Below, one piece after another: positions 51,243 to 64,000 of a stretch of 64,000 nt of DNA. The DNA comes from Octopus bimaculoides. Lineage: Eukaryota. Position numbers and translations under genes: made by a program. The stretch covers positions 80,476,849 to 80,540,848 of the forward strand of contig NC_068983.1 of assembly GCF_001194135.2 (NCBI RefSeq). Reading direction: 5' to 3'. Position 1 is the stretch's first letter. Every line of letters begins with the position of its first letter. The notes beneath the pieces are model-generated. The model saw only the letters and a list, made by a program, of their open reading frames with translations. It was not told the origin of the DNA and made no database searches.

Positions 51243-52630
51243 ATGCCTGTGTTACTTTTGACTGATTTCTCAGCTTTGTTAGAGTATCACAAATATATCT
51301 TGCAGGTTTAGTACTTGCAGTTTAAATTGTGATTTCAAAAGCTTTGTCTTTTATCCTTTCAGCATCACATAAATAAATAAAGTACAGCCAAGTACTGGGT
51401 TTGACAGTATTGACTAACATCCCAAAATTACTGATTGCATGCCAGAAACAATTATTATTCTGCACACTAACAAGAACATTTCATTCCTCTACTCACTCAC
51501 ATGCATGCCCACCACCCTACCATACACTCATACATGCACGTTATTCATTTGTGCTAGTTCAGCGAGTGGTAAAATGACTCATGTTTATTGGATCCTATAT
51601 AGACAGAAGAAATGGTACAAGTTATATTTCTTTTTCTGCTTACTTCTCTTCATTTTAATAGATACAACAGCTATAGGTGAAAAGACTTGTCAGTCTGTCT
51701 TCTGATTCTGCAGACAAAATGGAAAAGGTGTTTCCCTGAAGGAGGGTGAGGGAGACGTACTTACACAGCCACTCCGATTCATGGGGCTTGCTCTTGTGGA
51801 TTGCCATCTCTGTCCTGATAGCAGTGAGCAGGAATGTCATCTGGAGGCCAAGAATGTGGGAGCTTTCCATTGCCTTAGGCTCAACCAGAAATCTGTCAGA
51901 GATCTGCTTTTTTGACACTTAGTCTTCCTTTGCTTAACAAGCAGCAAAGCCTGGGTTGCCAACCAAACGCACCATTGGTGGGGTTGGTTGACATTGCATG
52001 TGGCATCCTAGATGAGGGACCTACCCCTACAGGACTTTTCACAGCATGCAGCTGCTTCAGGCAAGCATGACTGGGTGAATAGACCTTGCCTGACATATAA
52101 ACATTATGCATAAATTCATATTTGAACAGAAACAAAACAAAGGAACAAACAGAAAATTCACACACAGGACAGGACATTGTTAATTCCTCATCAGTTATCA
52201 TCCTAAAACATCCTTACAATTTCACACATTTAATGATATCTGTATATCTACCTCCCTGCCTCCCTGCCTAATGATGATGGATTCTCATGTCATGAACAGT
52301 GAATAAGGGTTCAATAAAATAAAGTGGTAATCATGTTCTATGGACACGAATGTGTCACTTGGGGCCTGCTGCTGCCTTCAAAACCTTGTAGTAAAATGGA
52401 ACACATTGAGGACTAAGTTAGCTTGAATGCTTGTGGACCGTTTACTATGTATTTCCTTGAGTGGATGGCAAGGCCTGCTTTGCTCTGTCCCACAAACCCA
52501 CAAGGAAAGGTAAGATTTTCATTTAGAGGAGCAGTGTTTTGCCAGCATGCCTTCATGCTTGCACAAAATTGGTCCTGATCTTGGAATTGACTAAGCTTCA
52601 AATCTTTGCATGTGTGTGTATATGTATATG

Positions 52631-52661
<31 letters not shown>

Positions 52662-52871
52662 TTATATCGTTATCATCATCATCATTTAATGTCTGCTGAC
52701 ATGGGTTAGACAGTTTGACCAGAGCTAGCGACATCGATTTGATGGAGGAAGTGAACTTATGCAAACAAACATTTGATCACGATAAACAAGGCATCTGTGT
52801 GGCTGCTCATCAAGAGTCCATAATATATATATATACATATACCCACATACTTGTGTATAAGTATATATATG

Positions 52872-52942
<71 letters not shown>

Positions 52943-53710
52943 CATGTATATATACATAATCCTGCTCTCTTCTATTCACTCTCTTCTCTACATTGCCATT
53001 GCACTGTATGTTTGTATGAATAGCAGAACGATGGACTTTTTACTATTGCTGTAACAAAACTATCTCTCTAGTACTGATGTCTTGATAAAATGCATCCTGT
53101 GCATGCTGTATAGTGGTCAACATTAGAGTGAAATCAAGCCATAGAAACCATCCCCAAAATAGTTCTCTGACATGTCTATGAGAGAAGTAACTCAAAATGA
53201 TTTCCATTTATAGTGTTTACAATAAGCAATTGAAGAATTTATTAATTTAAAACAATCTTTTAGTTTCTTTTCATACATTGTATTATATGCAAACTTATAA
53301 ATAATAATACTTTTATAGTTATACAAATTTTAAGCTTAACATATTTGGAAGAAATTTCTTTCTTTACCACTCAACTCAAAGTAACTGTATCTTCAATTTG
53401 AAATAATCATAAGTTATTTTTTTTTAAAGAATCAAAGTTGTTCATTTCTCATAACATTGTGTTATGTAATCAGCATTCTTCACAAAAGTATTACAGAAGT
53501 ATATTCATCTCAGTTAGGCAGGAAGCATTTTAAACAATAGTTTTTCTTTTTCATCAGAGTACAATATTAGATTCTATTGTCTTAGTCATGTTCGAATTGT
53601 TAGTGTGGCAGCTCATTTGATTGTATTTATATGATGATTGAATGTTTGTTAAATCTATCTTGTCATGTGTTCTAACTCATTTGAAACTGTGTCTGATATA
53701 TAAGACTTAC

Positions 53711-53765
53711 GAGAATTCCATCAAGATGACCAGCAGCTTCAAAGGACATATTTAATTTTGGAAAT
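53711..53765 (-). CDS. Candidate 55-nt exon (alternative acceptor gives 76 nt), unrecognised product
   Basis: CCTTCTCATAG acceptor, GTAAGT donor, open frame FPKLNMSFEAAGHLDGIL; could be chance. Confidence 0.18.
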
Positions 53766-54304
53766 CTATGAGAAGGTATATGGGGGCTGAGATAATATTT
53801 TATAGATATGGAATAAAAATAAATGCATGCTGTTGTCTGTTAATAATACTTCCCACTATAGCATCACTTACTATTGTTATTTCCATTTCAATATGCACAT
53901 TCTTTTGTGAGATGACTTTTATGTTCTTTTTCTGAATATTACATATATACATATGTGTGTCTGCATATCTATATAAATATATATGTGTATATATGTATGT
54001 GTACACATATATGTATATATATATATATATNNNNNNNNNNNNNNNNNNNNNNNNNNNNNNNNNNNNNNNNNNNNNNNNNNNNNNNNNNNNNNNNNNNNNN
54101 NNNNNNNNNNNNNNNNNNNNNNNNNNNNNNNNNNNNNNNNNNNNNNNNNNNNNNNNNNNNNNNNNNNNNNATATATATAGATATATATATGTATATATAT
54201 ATATATATATATATCAATTCTCCCCTAATGATTACAATGACAGTTTTCCTATTATTGCTAATATTGGTGTTGTGGTTGTCTTGTTTTTGTTGTTGTCGTT
54301 GTTG

Positions 54305-54339
<35 letters not shown>

Positions 54340-56224
54340 GTTAGTAGTAGTAGTAGTAGTAGTAGTAGTACAATTTTTTATGTAATTTTTATGCAGCAAG
54401 TAACAATGTGTAGGTGATTATTTTGCATTCATTGTATTCTAGGATTAATCATAAAACAATAGTAAATGCTTTGTTTCTAATAATCAGCAGTAGTAAGATG
54501 TTGAAGTTAATATTTTTCTTTCTGTCCATACTTCAATATCTCATCATTGCTATTGAACAATGGAAACGTGTATTTTTTTAAATATCCCTTTAGATGTCAA
54601 CTGCTTAGCTATAGTTAGGTTTCTTTTTTTATTATTATTTTTGTTTTATTTTTTTTTAATTTTTATTTTTTGCTCATTATGTATAGGAATTGTAATTTTG
54701 AATATTTGCATACATCATTTAATTTACTTTTGAGTAATGTCATCTGATGTATATGAAAGAAGAAAATTTGTTTAATATGTTTCAAATTATTTACAAAGTA
54801 ATTAATACAACTTAATTAAAATAAAGACATATCAGATCCAGAATGAGATCATGTTATCATAGCAAAGGATTTTATATCTATAATTTGATATTATCTTTTC
54901 CACAAAACATTCCATGAAACACAAACTCTTTGACAATTAACTTTTAACTATGTTGTTCTTTTAAATCTAACTCATTCTTTCATAATCATCTATGATAGTA
55001 ATGTAGTTATGAATAGTTTACTACTAAAAGCCAAATATGTTGAAATGTTTTAAAATAATAGTTCAATATCAAAGAAAATTGCTTATAAATGGTTAAAAAA
55101 TTATTATTTCAAAACTCAATGTTCAAGAAAGGATTAAAAACTGGATGTAAATTGGCTGGGACATGAAAGATAAATTACATATATACATACACATATACAT
55201 ACACATGTAAGCAAGTGCACACACGCATATACACACATGCATGCACACAACATCATTGTCATAATCCTTGTCATTGTTGTTGGCATCATTATTATATTCA
55301 TATACTTTTTTTATCCATACCTGCATGTGTTGGATGGGTCTTGATGCATCTTATCCAATTTATAGCATATACTAAGTGTCTTTTATCATGCTACCCACCC
55401 TAGAAAGGCTGTTTGTGACAAGATTAAAGAGTCTTCCCTACTCTGTATTCTTCATAGACAGATCCCCTGTGATGCAGTTTAAATTTTTCTTCCTCTCTCT
55501 TTCTCTTTATATATATATATATCTCATGCTCTCTCTCTATATATATGTGTGTGTATATGTATATTGTGTCCACAGTACTGTGGACACTTTAGTCATGCCA
55601 GAGACAGCCTTTCAAGGGTTGGTAGCATGATAGTGTGTGTGTGTTCTGATGACTTGGCAGTATAGGGTGATTATACAACTGTCTTTGTGAAAATTACTGC
55701 ATAGTATACTAGTATATACTAGTAAAGCATATATATTATGTAATTTCTGTTAAAACAAAAAAAAAAAAAATTAACTGAATCTCTTCTCATTTTTTATTCT
55801 GAACTTGGACATATATATTTATTGAAAAATGATAAACATAAAGCAGGTGCTTGTTATATTTTACTATTATTTGGTTCATATTCTGCATTGTAGTCTATCC
55901 TGAGTTTGGTGTCCACATTGTGCTACACTGGGTATGGGAGTGGAGCGTGGAGCTCACTACTGAACTCAATTTTGGTTGTGTTGCACTTTAATGGGCTCCT
56001 TTTCTTTCTTTCATTCTATGCTACTTTGAAATAATCCTTATTATTACACACACATACACACACACACACACACATGCACACACACACACATGAATATATA
56101 TACATGAAGTACATTATTTTTAAGGGTATAACTTGAAGTGGATGATGCTATAAATAGCATATAGAATATTGGGTAAATAAACCTGTAAAGCTTTATTCTA
56201 ATCCAAGGCTTTACTCTTTTTACT

Positions 56225-56640
56225 CTTTTACTCTTTTACTTGTTTCAGTCATTTGACCGTGGCCATGCTAGAGCACCGCCTTTAATCGAGCAAATTGACC
56301 CCAGGACTTATTCTCTGTAAGCCTAGTACTTATTCTATCGGTCTCTTTTGCTGAACCGCTAATTTACGGGAACGTAAACACACCAGCATCGGTTGTCAAG
56401 CAATGTTGGCGGGGACAAACACAGACACACAAACATATACATACTCATATATACATACATATATACGACGGGCTTCTTTCAGTTTCCGTCTACCAAATTC
56501 ACTCACAAAGCTTTGGTCGGCCCGAGGCTATAGTAGAAGACACTTGCCCATGGTGCCACGCAGTAGAACTGAACCCGGAACCATGTGGTTGGTAAGCAAG
56601 CTACTTACCACACAGCCTCTCCTATGCCTACTACACAGCC
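56225..56640 (-). mobile_element. SINE family A, full length, relatively young
   Basis: Retains many CpGs lost in other copies; (AGTAAAAG)n tail. Confidence 0.85.
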
Positions 56641-57019
56641 ACTCCTACATCTATATTTATTTTTCTTGTACAATATTCTACATGTTATTATCTATGGCTT
56701 TATCTACTTTGAGTTAAATTTCAAAAATAATTTACTTCATATCTCATAATTTAAATTCTTATAATGTATGCATCTTACAATTCCTGCTTGTAAGAAAATT
56801 TAAAGTGTCACTTTGGTATAATGTTTAGAACATCTGCCATTTTTACAGAAGATATAGGTTTCAGTCCCAGATGCAGCCTTCAACTTTTTTTCCACTCAAA
56901 ATGTTTTTAATTCAGTATTCTATACATCATTATTTATAACATTATCTACTTGAAGTTCCTTCATTAAAAATAATTTACTTCAAATCTATCAAAGTTTCTA
57001 AATTCTTATAATGTAAACA

Positions 57020-57180
57020 CACAAGCATGACTGTGTGGTAAGCAGCTTGCTTCCTAAGCACATGGTTCCAGGTTCAGTCTTACTGTCTAGCACCTTGAGC
57101 AAGTGTCTTCTACTATAGCCTTGAACCAATCATAACATTGTGAGTGGATTTGGTACACGGAAACTGAAAGAAGCCCATTG
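57020..57180 (+). mobile_element. SINE family A (5' half)
   Basis: Head GCATGACTGTGTGGTAAGCAGC through GAAAGAAGCCC. Confidence 0.75.
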
Positions 57181-57675
57181 TATGTATATATATATATATC
57201 CTGCCTTAACTCTTCGAAACGCCAGTGTTATAATGGTGGCAGCTGATGAAAGAAATGTTCTCTATGTGGCCTGTGTGTTTTCTGTACCTTGTTTATCATT
57301 TTGTCCATGTTTTTTTGCAACGTCATGTACCCAGATATGCATCTATATATACATGTAGATGAAGGTATGTACATACATGTACATATATATGCATATACTC
57401 ATATATTATTTATATATATATATATATNNNNNNNNNNNNNNNNNNNNNNNNNNNNNNNNNNNNNNNNNNNNNNNNNNNNNNNNNNNNNNNNNNNNNNNNN
57501 NNNNNNNNNNNNNNNNNNNNNNNNNNNNNNNNNNNNNNNNNNNNNNNNNNNNNNNNNNNNNNNNNNNNNNNNNNNNNNNNNNNNNNNNNNNNNNNNNNNN
57601 NNNNNNNNNNNNNNNNNNNNNNNNNNNNNNNNNNNNNNNNNNNNNNNNNNNNNNNNNNNNNNNNNNNNNNNNNNN

Positions 57676-57941
57676 ATTCTGCCTACACTGCCACACTTGC
57701 CTTACCTCTCCAACACCACCCTCCTCACTGGCACCCATCATCGACCCTATCACATCACTGACTCCTTCACCTGCACTTCTACCAATGTCATCTACTGCAT
57801 CTCCTGCTCTCTCTGTGCCCTTCTCTATACATCGAGCAAATGGGATGCCGCTTGGCTGACCGGTTCGCGAAACACCTCCAAGACATCCGACTCGGCAATG
57901 ACACCCTGGTCTCATGCCATTTCTTCTCTACTACTCACTCT
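57676..57941 (+). mobile_element. Penelope-like element GIY-YIG endonuclease fragment
   Basis: CLHCHTC...FTCTSTNVIYCISCSLC..LY...CRLADRFAKHLQDIR...VSCHF (VIY-YIG with CxxC motifs), frameshifted. Confidence 0.9.
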
Positions 57942-58019
57942 TTGTGTTGTCTTGTTGAAAGAAAAAATATTGGCATATCCCCATTGAAGGATGTTTTTGA
58001 TGTTTATGTTGAGAGAGTC

Positions 58020-58290
58020 AGTGCAGGTTTGGTGTGTGGTGTCTAGGTTATGAGCAGATGATGGGTATCAGTGGAAAGTTATGCATAAGAATGGGGTTTA
58101 CTGGATATGATGGCAAGTAAGTGTCGAAAATGTCATCACAGTGTGAGAGATATCACTCATGTCATCAGTAGCAATTCAAAAATGCCTGCAATATACTACC
58201 AACCCATGCAACATGACATTGTTGCCAAGCTGGTTTATAATGCTATATGCAAAGGGAATTGTCCATACCAAAGCACACGAGAACCATAGG
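58020..58290 (+). mobile_element. R4/NeSL-type non-LTR fragment (zinc knuckle plus RHD region)
   Basis: SKCRKCHHSVRDITHVISS...QHDIVAKLVYNAICK. Confidence 0.7.
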
Positions 58291-61200
58291 ATATCTCCAC
58301 CTTTAAAAATAATGTATATATCTATATAGTTGTATATTTTTATTTTATTTTTTTTTAATGTATAGATTACTCTATATATTTTTATATATCTATATATTTT
58401 CAATATGTTTGATGTATTGAATATACCTTCGGAGAAATTCATTCATGTTGGGTCTAGGGCTAAATAAATACAAATGTATATGTGAATTTGATTTGCCTAA
58501 ATTTGATTCTTACTTCTACATTATTCTAACGCCTCAGGTTTGAATATCTGGAGCACTTCAAAATGAAGTCTATGCATTGGAGAAAATCTTTTTCCTTATA
58601 ATCATATGTATATACATATGTATGTATACACATATATAAAATGGAACTGGTATTTTATGCTTTATATAATGTACATGTGTTTCAGTAAGCTGATTGTGAT
58701 TATTACTAAAGCTGGTTGGACTATTGTGCAATACAATTGACTTATTTCCTCAGCATTATCAGATCAGCAAAAATACAGTATTAAGAAAATAGTAAGCCCT
58801 TATATACACCAGTATGCAAATTAAGTACCATCTGGTAATTACAGCAAAATAGTAAGTGACGGAAGTACACATTATTTTTCCAACCTGTGACAAAATTTCC
58901 TTACATCACTAGCAGAATATATTCATGATGTAGTTGATAGTAAGGTTGAACATGCAGTGACACAGTATACCAATTTTAAAAGCTAGAATGCACGTAAGAC
59001 AAATTAATATAAATGATTATATATATTATTTACATATCTATGTAAATGTACTATACCTCAAGATATATGTGTGTGTGTGTGCACGCATATACACAGATAT
59101 CTATGTAAGTATAAATATGTATATGTAACCATATGTGCACACATGCACACACACACACGCACACACACACACATACACACACACTCATGTACATATATTG
59201 CTTTTTTTAGTGTTGCTAATAATAATTACATAATTTTAATGGACATCTGTGAAAATGTATCTTTTTCTAGAATACTATAAACTGAATTTTGATTTTGCTA
59301 AATCAATTCTTGTTATATATACGGAAATATTTTTATTCTTTATTAAATGCCCATCTCTCTTTTTCTCCATTCTCTAAGTTTCAATAAGATTGCTTGCCTT
59401 TTTCTATTGATTAGTTATTTTCTTTTCAACATTGTGATTCTTATGTTTTAGTTCCTGGAAAAATTATTTCTATATTTGTCTTGTTTTAATCTCATGATCT
59501 CCATATCTCATGCCATAGGTACATTCACCTCATACAAGTTTCCTTTTTTTTTTTTCTATATGAGATAAATTCTTAAAAGCAAGAGAACATTTTATTGTAG
59601 GTTGTGGTAATATATTATTTTTCAAAGTTGATTTTCTTTTATAAAGCTCACTACTATTGTTGACTTTTACTATTTATATAATATATAAACAGAGTAGCTG
59701 TTTATTTTTTATCCAGAAGCCTCATGATACAGTTTTCATAAATCATGACTGGAGTTGTCATTATAACTATTAAAGATCAATCTCAGTTTCCCACTCCTGC
59801 ATATCTTGAGAATGCTCTTCCTTGCTCCTTTTGAGTGTAATTTTCATTAACACTAATGACCTTCCTTCACGTTATAATTATAATTTTAGTTGATTAAAAC
59901 TTATTTTGTTTCACCAAATTAATTATGGTAGCTTGAACTTAACTATATGTTGAAATGCAGAAGGCACCTATGGGACATTTTTTCAGTATGTGTACATTAT
60001 ATAATATATACATTGTATCATATGTATGCACTCTTTAATATATAACATTAAATCACATTAACCTTTTTAATCTCATTAATATGGGGAAAATACTTTTTTA
60101 TTATTGTAAGAATGTATATTTCACAGAATTTTAGAATAATGTGACAACACTGTTGTCATTTCAACCACAACACTATAATTCTGTACAATCAGATCTTTAC
60201 AACTGGAAGTACTGCTACAACTGCCTAGCATGTTGTGATGAGTCGGAGACAACAATATATATCTATAACCTTTATGTTGCTGAATAATTCATATGAAAGT
60301 AAATTCATAAATATTGCATATTTTATCAACCTGATCAATTTAATATAGATTAATCAATAAAGATTATAAAATATACCCTGATCAAAACCATAATGGTATT
60401 GAATAGATCCTATAAAACTTATTTTTAATGATTTATTTGAAAGAGAATTCATTTTGTGAATAGGAATGAAATTGGAACAACTACTTTCAACATTCTGCAA
60501 AAAGAAAATTTTTTTACATTAAAAAGAACTAATATATTGCAATGTTGTAATTTGTTACAGATTATTCTGTTATAATTATTTTGTTTTTGTTTCTTTACCA
60601 TTAAAGAGTTTCTACCTCAGGTTTGGATTGTTTTAACTAATAGTATAACAGAAACTATGTGATAAAATTTTTACAAGCTTAAAAGTTTTTCTTTTAATAA
60701 TTTTACATTTGTTTTCCTATACTACTATTGATTATATATTTTTGCTACCTTGAATTTACATATTACAGTCAGAAGTAGTTTAATCATCATTTAGCTTCTC
60801 TGCACCTAATATATTTAGTTAAGCTAGTAAATAAAATAATGTATGCTGGCCAGTATTACAAGTAATGAAATAATATCTGAATGCATGACATTTTGGCCAA
60901 TAGTCTGGACATCTTAAAATTACAATTTAAAATTGAATGTGAATAAATGTTTCAATTGATCCTGGTTCTCTACACAAACATTAGTATTTCTTTATACTCC
61001 TTTTATTATTTCATTTCTAAAAAGTGACTCACTGAACTGTATCTCAATGAATTTTTTAATTATAAGTAATGTTGTTTATGGGCTATAGCTATATTTTTAC
61101 ATTCTTAAGTACTCACACATGTTTTTCTTTGCAGCTTTAACTAAAAGTTTTGTATAACTGCATTTCCTCAGTCTTCTTTTTAATTAGAAAAAAATGTATT

Positions 61201-61928
61201 TGGAATCTATCTTTGTTAAAACTATCACATACCTATTTCCTTTGGATTATTTATTTCTAATGGAATTACGTGTCAGAAATGTTTCCAATGTTCTTCCTTC
61301 TTCATATAGATTAAATTCTTTTGATTAAAATCAGCATTATGTAAGTCTTCATAGGAAAATGGACAATCTTTTTATTAATGGTATCTCAATCCAACAGAAT
61401 ATATTATATAATATCATATAATATATTTATGCCAAACAGAATATTTCCAGGATGGAAATGCTACCAGTTTAAGTTATAAGAGTATTATATACATTAATAC
61501 ATTTTTATCCACAATCATTGGCTATTTTCAGTATGGCATCTCAGTCAAATGGATTTCAATTGCTTGTATGTCCTTGATCTTTAAGCGATCAAGGATTTTG
61601 AACAATAGAAACTATGGAGTGAAATGTAATACAAACTATTACTTCTTTAGCAGATATGAACATCACCTTTTAGATTTTTAGCAACCTCAGGCTGTATTTG
61701 AAATAGAATGTATAGAAATTTGTGACTAGTTTAAATTGAAGCAAACAAAGATCTATACTCTCTTGAAAGTCTTTATTGAACTTTTATATAGTGAATATAC
61801 AAAAATAACAGAGGAAAGAGAAACATAAACAGATAGGTAGATAGATAGATAGATAGATAGATAGATACAGAAAGAGAGAGTGAGAGAGAGATGGAGAGGC
61901 ATAGAATGACAGAGACTGAGAATAATTG

Positions 61929-61974
<46 letters not shown>

Positions 61975-62245
61975 TATCATTATCATTGTCATGGTCATTC
62001 AATGTCTTTTCCATGCTTCATGAGTTGGATGGAATTTGTTGAGGCAGATTCCCTGTTAACAGTTGCCCTTTCCCATTGTCAACCTTCACCTGTTTCCAAG
62101 TAAGGTAATATTTCCTATGGTCAAATATGTTTTCCATGGAAGACCAGAAATGAGCAACATTGTTTGTATGATGATGATGTTCATTTACAACCATGAAGTT
62201 TATGTCAATAAAAGAGTATACACAAACACACACACACACATGCGC

Positions 62246-62276
<31 letters not shown>

Positions 62277-63059
62277 NNNNNNNNNNNNNNNNNNNNNNNN
62301 NNNNNNNNNNNNNNNNNNNNNNNNNNNNNNNNNNNNNNNNNNNNNNNNNNNNNNNNNNNNNNNNNNNNNNNNNNNNNNNNNNNNNNNNNNNNNNNNNNNN
62401 NNNNNNNNNNNNNNNNNNNNNNNNNNNNNNNNNNNNNNNNNNNNNNNNNNNNNNNNNNNNNNNNNNNNNNNNNNNNNNNNNNNNNNNNNNNNNNNNNNNN
62501 NNNNNNNNNNNNNNNNNNNNNNNNNNNNNNNNNNNNNNNNNNNNNNNNNNNNNNNNNNNNNNNNNNNNNNNNNNNNNNNNNNNNNNNNNNNNNNNNNNNN
62601 NNNNNNNNNNNNNNNNNNNNNNNNNNNNNNNNNNNNNNNNNNNNNNNNNNNNNNNNNNNNNNNNNNNNNNNNNNNNNNNNNNNNNNNNNNNNNNNNNNNN
62701 NNNNNNNNNNNNNNNNNNNNNNNNNNNNNNNNNNNNNNNNNNNNNNNNNNNNNNNNNNNNNNNNNNNNNNNNNNNNNNNNNNNNNNNNNNNNNNNNNNNN
62801 NNNNNNNNNNNNNNNNNNNNNNNNNNNNNNNNNNNNNNNNNNNNNNNNNNNNNNNNNNNNNNNNNNNNNNNNNNNNNNNNNNNNNNNNNNNNNNNNNNNN
62901 NNNNNNNNNNNNNNNNNNNNNNNNNNNNNNNNNNNNNNNNNNNNNNNNNNNNNNNNNNNNNNNNNNNNNNNNNNNNNNNNNNNNNNNNNNNNNNNNNTAT
63001 ATATATATATATATTCATACCAGAGGAATGCAAGTGCTACCGCCAGAAAAGGAAGGAGA

Positions 63060-64000
63060 GAATATGAGCACAACAATAAAGAAGGAAGGGGAGAAAAAGG
63101 AAAAGGAAAAAATGAAATAACTAAAACCAAAACCCCAAACCACCAAACAAAAATCAGAAAACTCAAATATGGAGGCTCCAATGGAATCCGAAACCCTAGA
63201 GGAGAGAAGAAATTTGGAGTGAACTCATGGACTTGTAAATTTTACCTGCAAGGCAAATGTTGGCATGGGGAAGATGGTACAAACTGCAGGTTTGTTCACC
63301 CGAGATCCCGCTAAAATTACAGGGGGGCCTTAAGGAGAAATAATTTCCTGAGGAAAGGCACCAATTGCCTCCAAAAAAAGCATACCAATGCAATGCACTC
63401 TTCAGATGTTATGCACAAGACAGCAACTGAACAAGTGTTTTTTTTTTTTGCATGGCACAAAAGATTGTGCAGCAGCTGACCTGTCTACATCAAGTGCAAA
63501 CAAAGACCACACAAATATTTTGCTACTAAATATTGGGGGCCTGTTGCATTACAACAACAATAGAAGCAATTTTTTTTTCCTGAGAAACCTTGCTGCATGC
63601 AATCAAGCCCTATGCATAGCACTCGTTGAAACTCATCTGAGCCCTGATATAGAGGATACAGAGGTAAACGTACCAAAATGTACCATATTGCGAACGGACA
63701 GAATGAAAGAAACCATGGTGGAGTTGCTGTATACACCCATGAAGATCTCACACCCCAGCTCTTACTGTTATACTCATATTCAGTATGTGACACTCTAATT
63801 GTATACATAAGACAACACAATATAGTCATATGCAATACATATCACCCACCAGATGCTTCAAGCCACATAGGCAAGTTTGAAGATTGCCTCACAAGAATTA
63901 AAGAAATCCTCATCAAACTGGAACACCATGTGAGCGTATTTCTTATGGCTGATTTCAACTTCCCCAATGTCAAATGGCCTGAAGGCTCCATGCTCTCAGG
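63060..64000 (+). mobile_element. CR1/L2-group LINE: ORF1 end with CCCH zinc fingers and ORF2 AP-endonuclease start (frameshifted, runs off the window)
   Basis: CKFYLQGKCWHGEDGTNCRFVHP; LLNIGGL...ALVETHLSPDI...ILRTDR; Y/HHPPDA; MADFNFPNVKW. Confidence 0.85.

Noticed and set aside
51690-52120. GC-richer block with ORFs of 87-101 aa
   Set aside because: No recognisable domain; probably an unclassified repeat remnant.
55566-55587. Perfect 22-bp palindrome GTGTCCACAGTACTGTGGACAC
   Set aside because: Isolated, with no associated element or second copy seen.
59959-59985. 25-nt candidate exon reading EGTYGTFF, like the CDK glycine loop
   Set aside because: Too short, weak acceptor, and no other kinase exons found.
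61534-61566. Candidate exon MASQSNGFQLL similar to the V-ATPase subunit G N-terminus
   Set aside because: All three frames are open by chance, the match is imperfect and no continuation was found.

Overview
Eukaryotic, AT-rich, CpG-poor, microsatellite-dense genomic DNA with 10 N-gaps. The SINE/LINE repertoire resembles what I recall from octopus (coleoid cephalopod) DNA; the taxon is an inference. I could not identify a host protein-coding gene: the ORF track is almost entirely microsatellite, N-run or decayed-transposon translation, and the window reads as intronic or intergenic. It contains many copies of at least three tRNA-derived SINE families and decayed RTE, R4/Dong-like, CR1/L2-like and Penelope retroelements. 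It also has mariner, Tc1-like, hAT-like, piggyBac-like and Helitron-like remnants, a tRNA-Gln pseudogene and three long inverted repeats. The most interesting signal is absent from the ORF track: several distinct minimal type I hammerhead-ribozyme (HHR) motifs with palindromic stem III. These are (i) two HHRs 301 bp apart in a tandem repeat at 337-783 with retrozyme / Penelope pseudo-LTR architecture, (ii) an A6U core-variant family at 28389 (intact) and 16188 (CpG-decayed), and (iii) a C3G core variant on the minus strand at 50380-50430. A GC-rich structured island at 14330-14600 carries two further HHR-like cores. All folds and alignments were done by eye, element boundaries are approximate, and ribozyme activity is untested.
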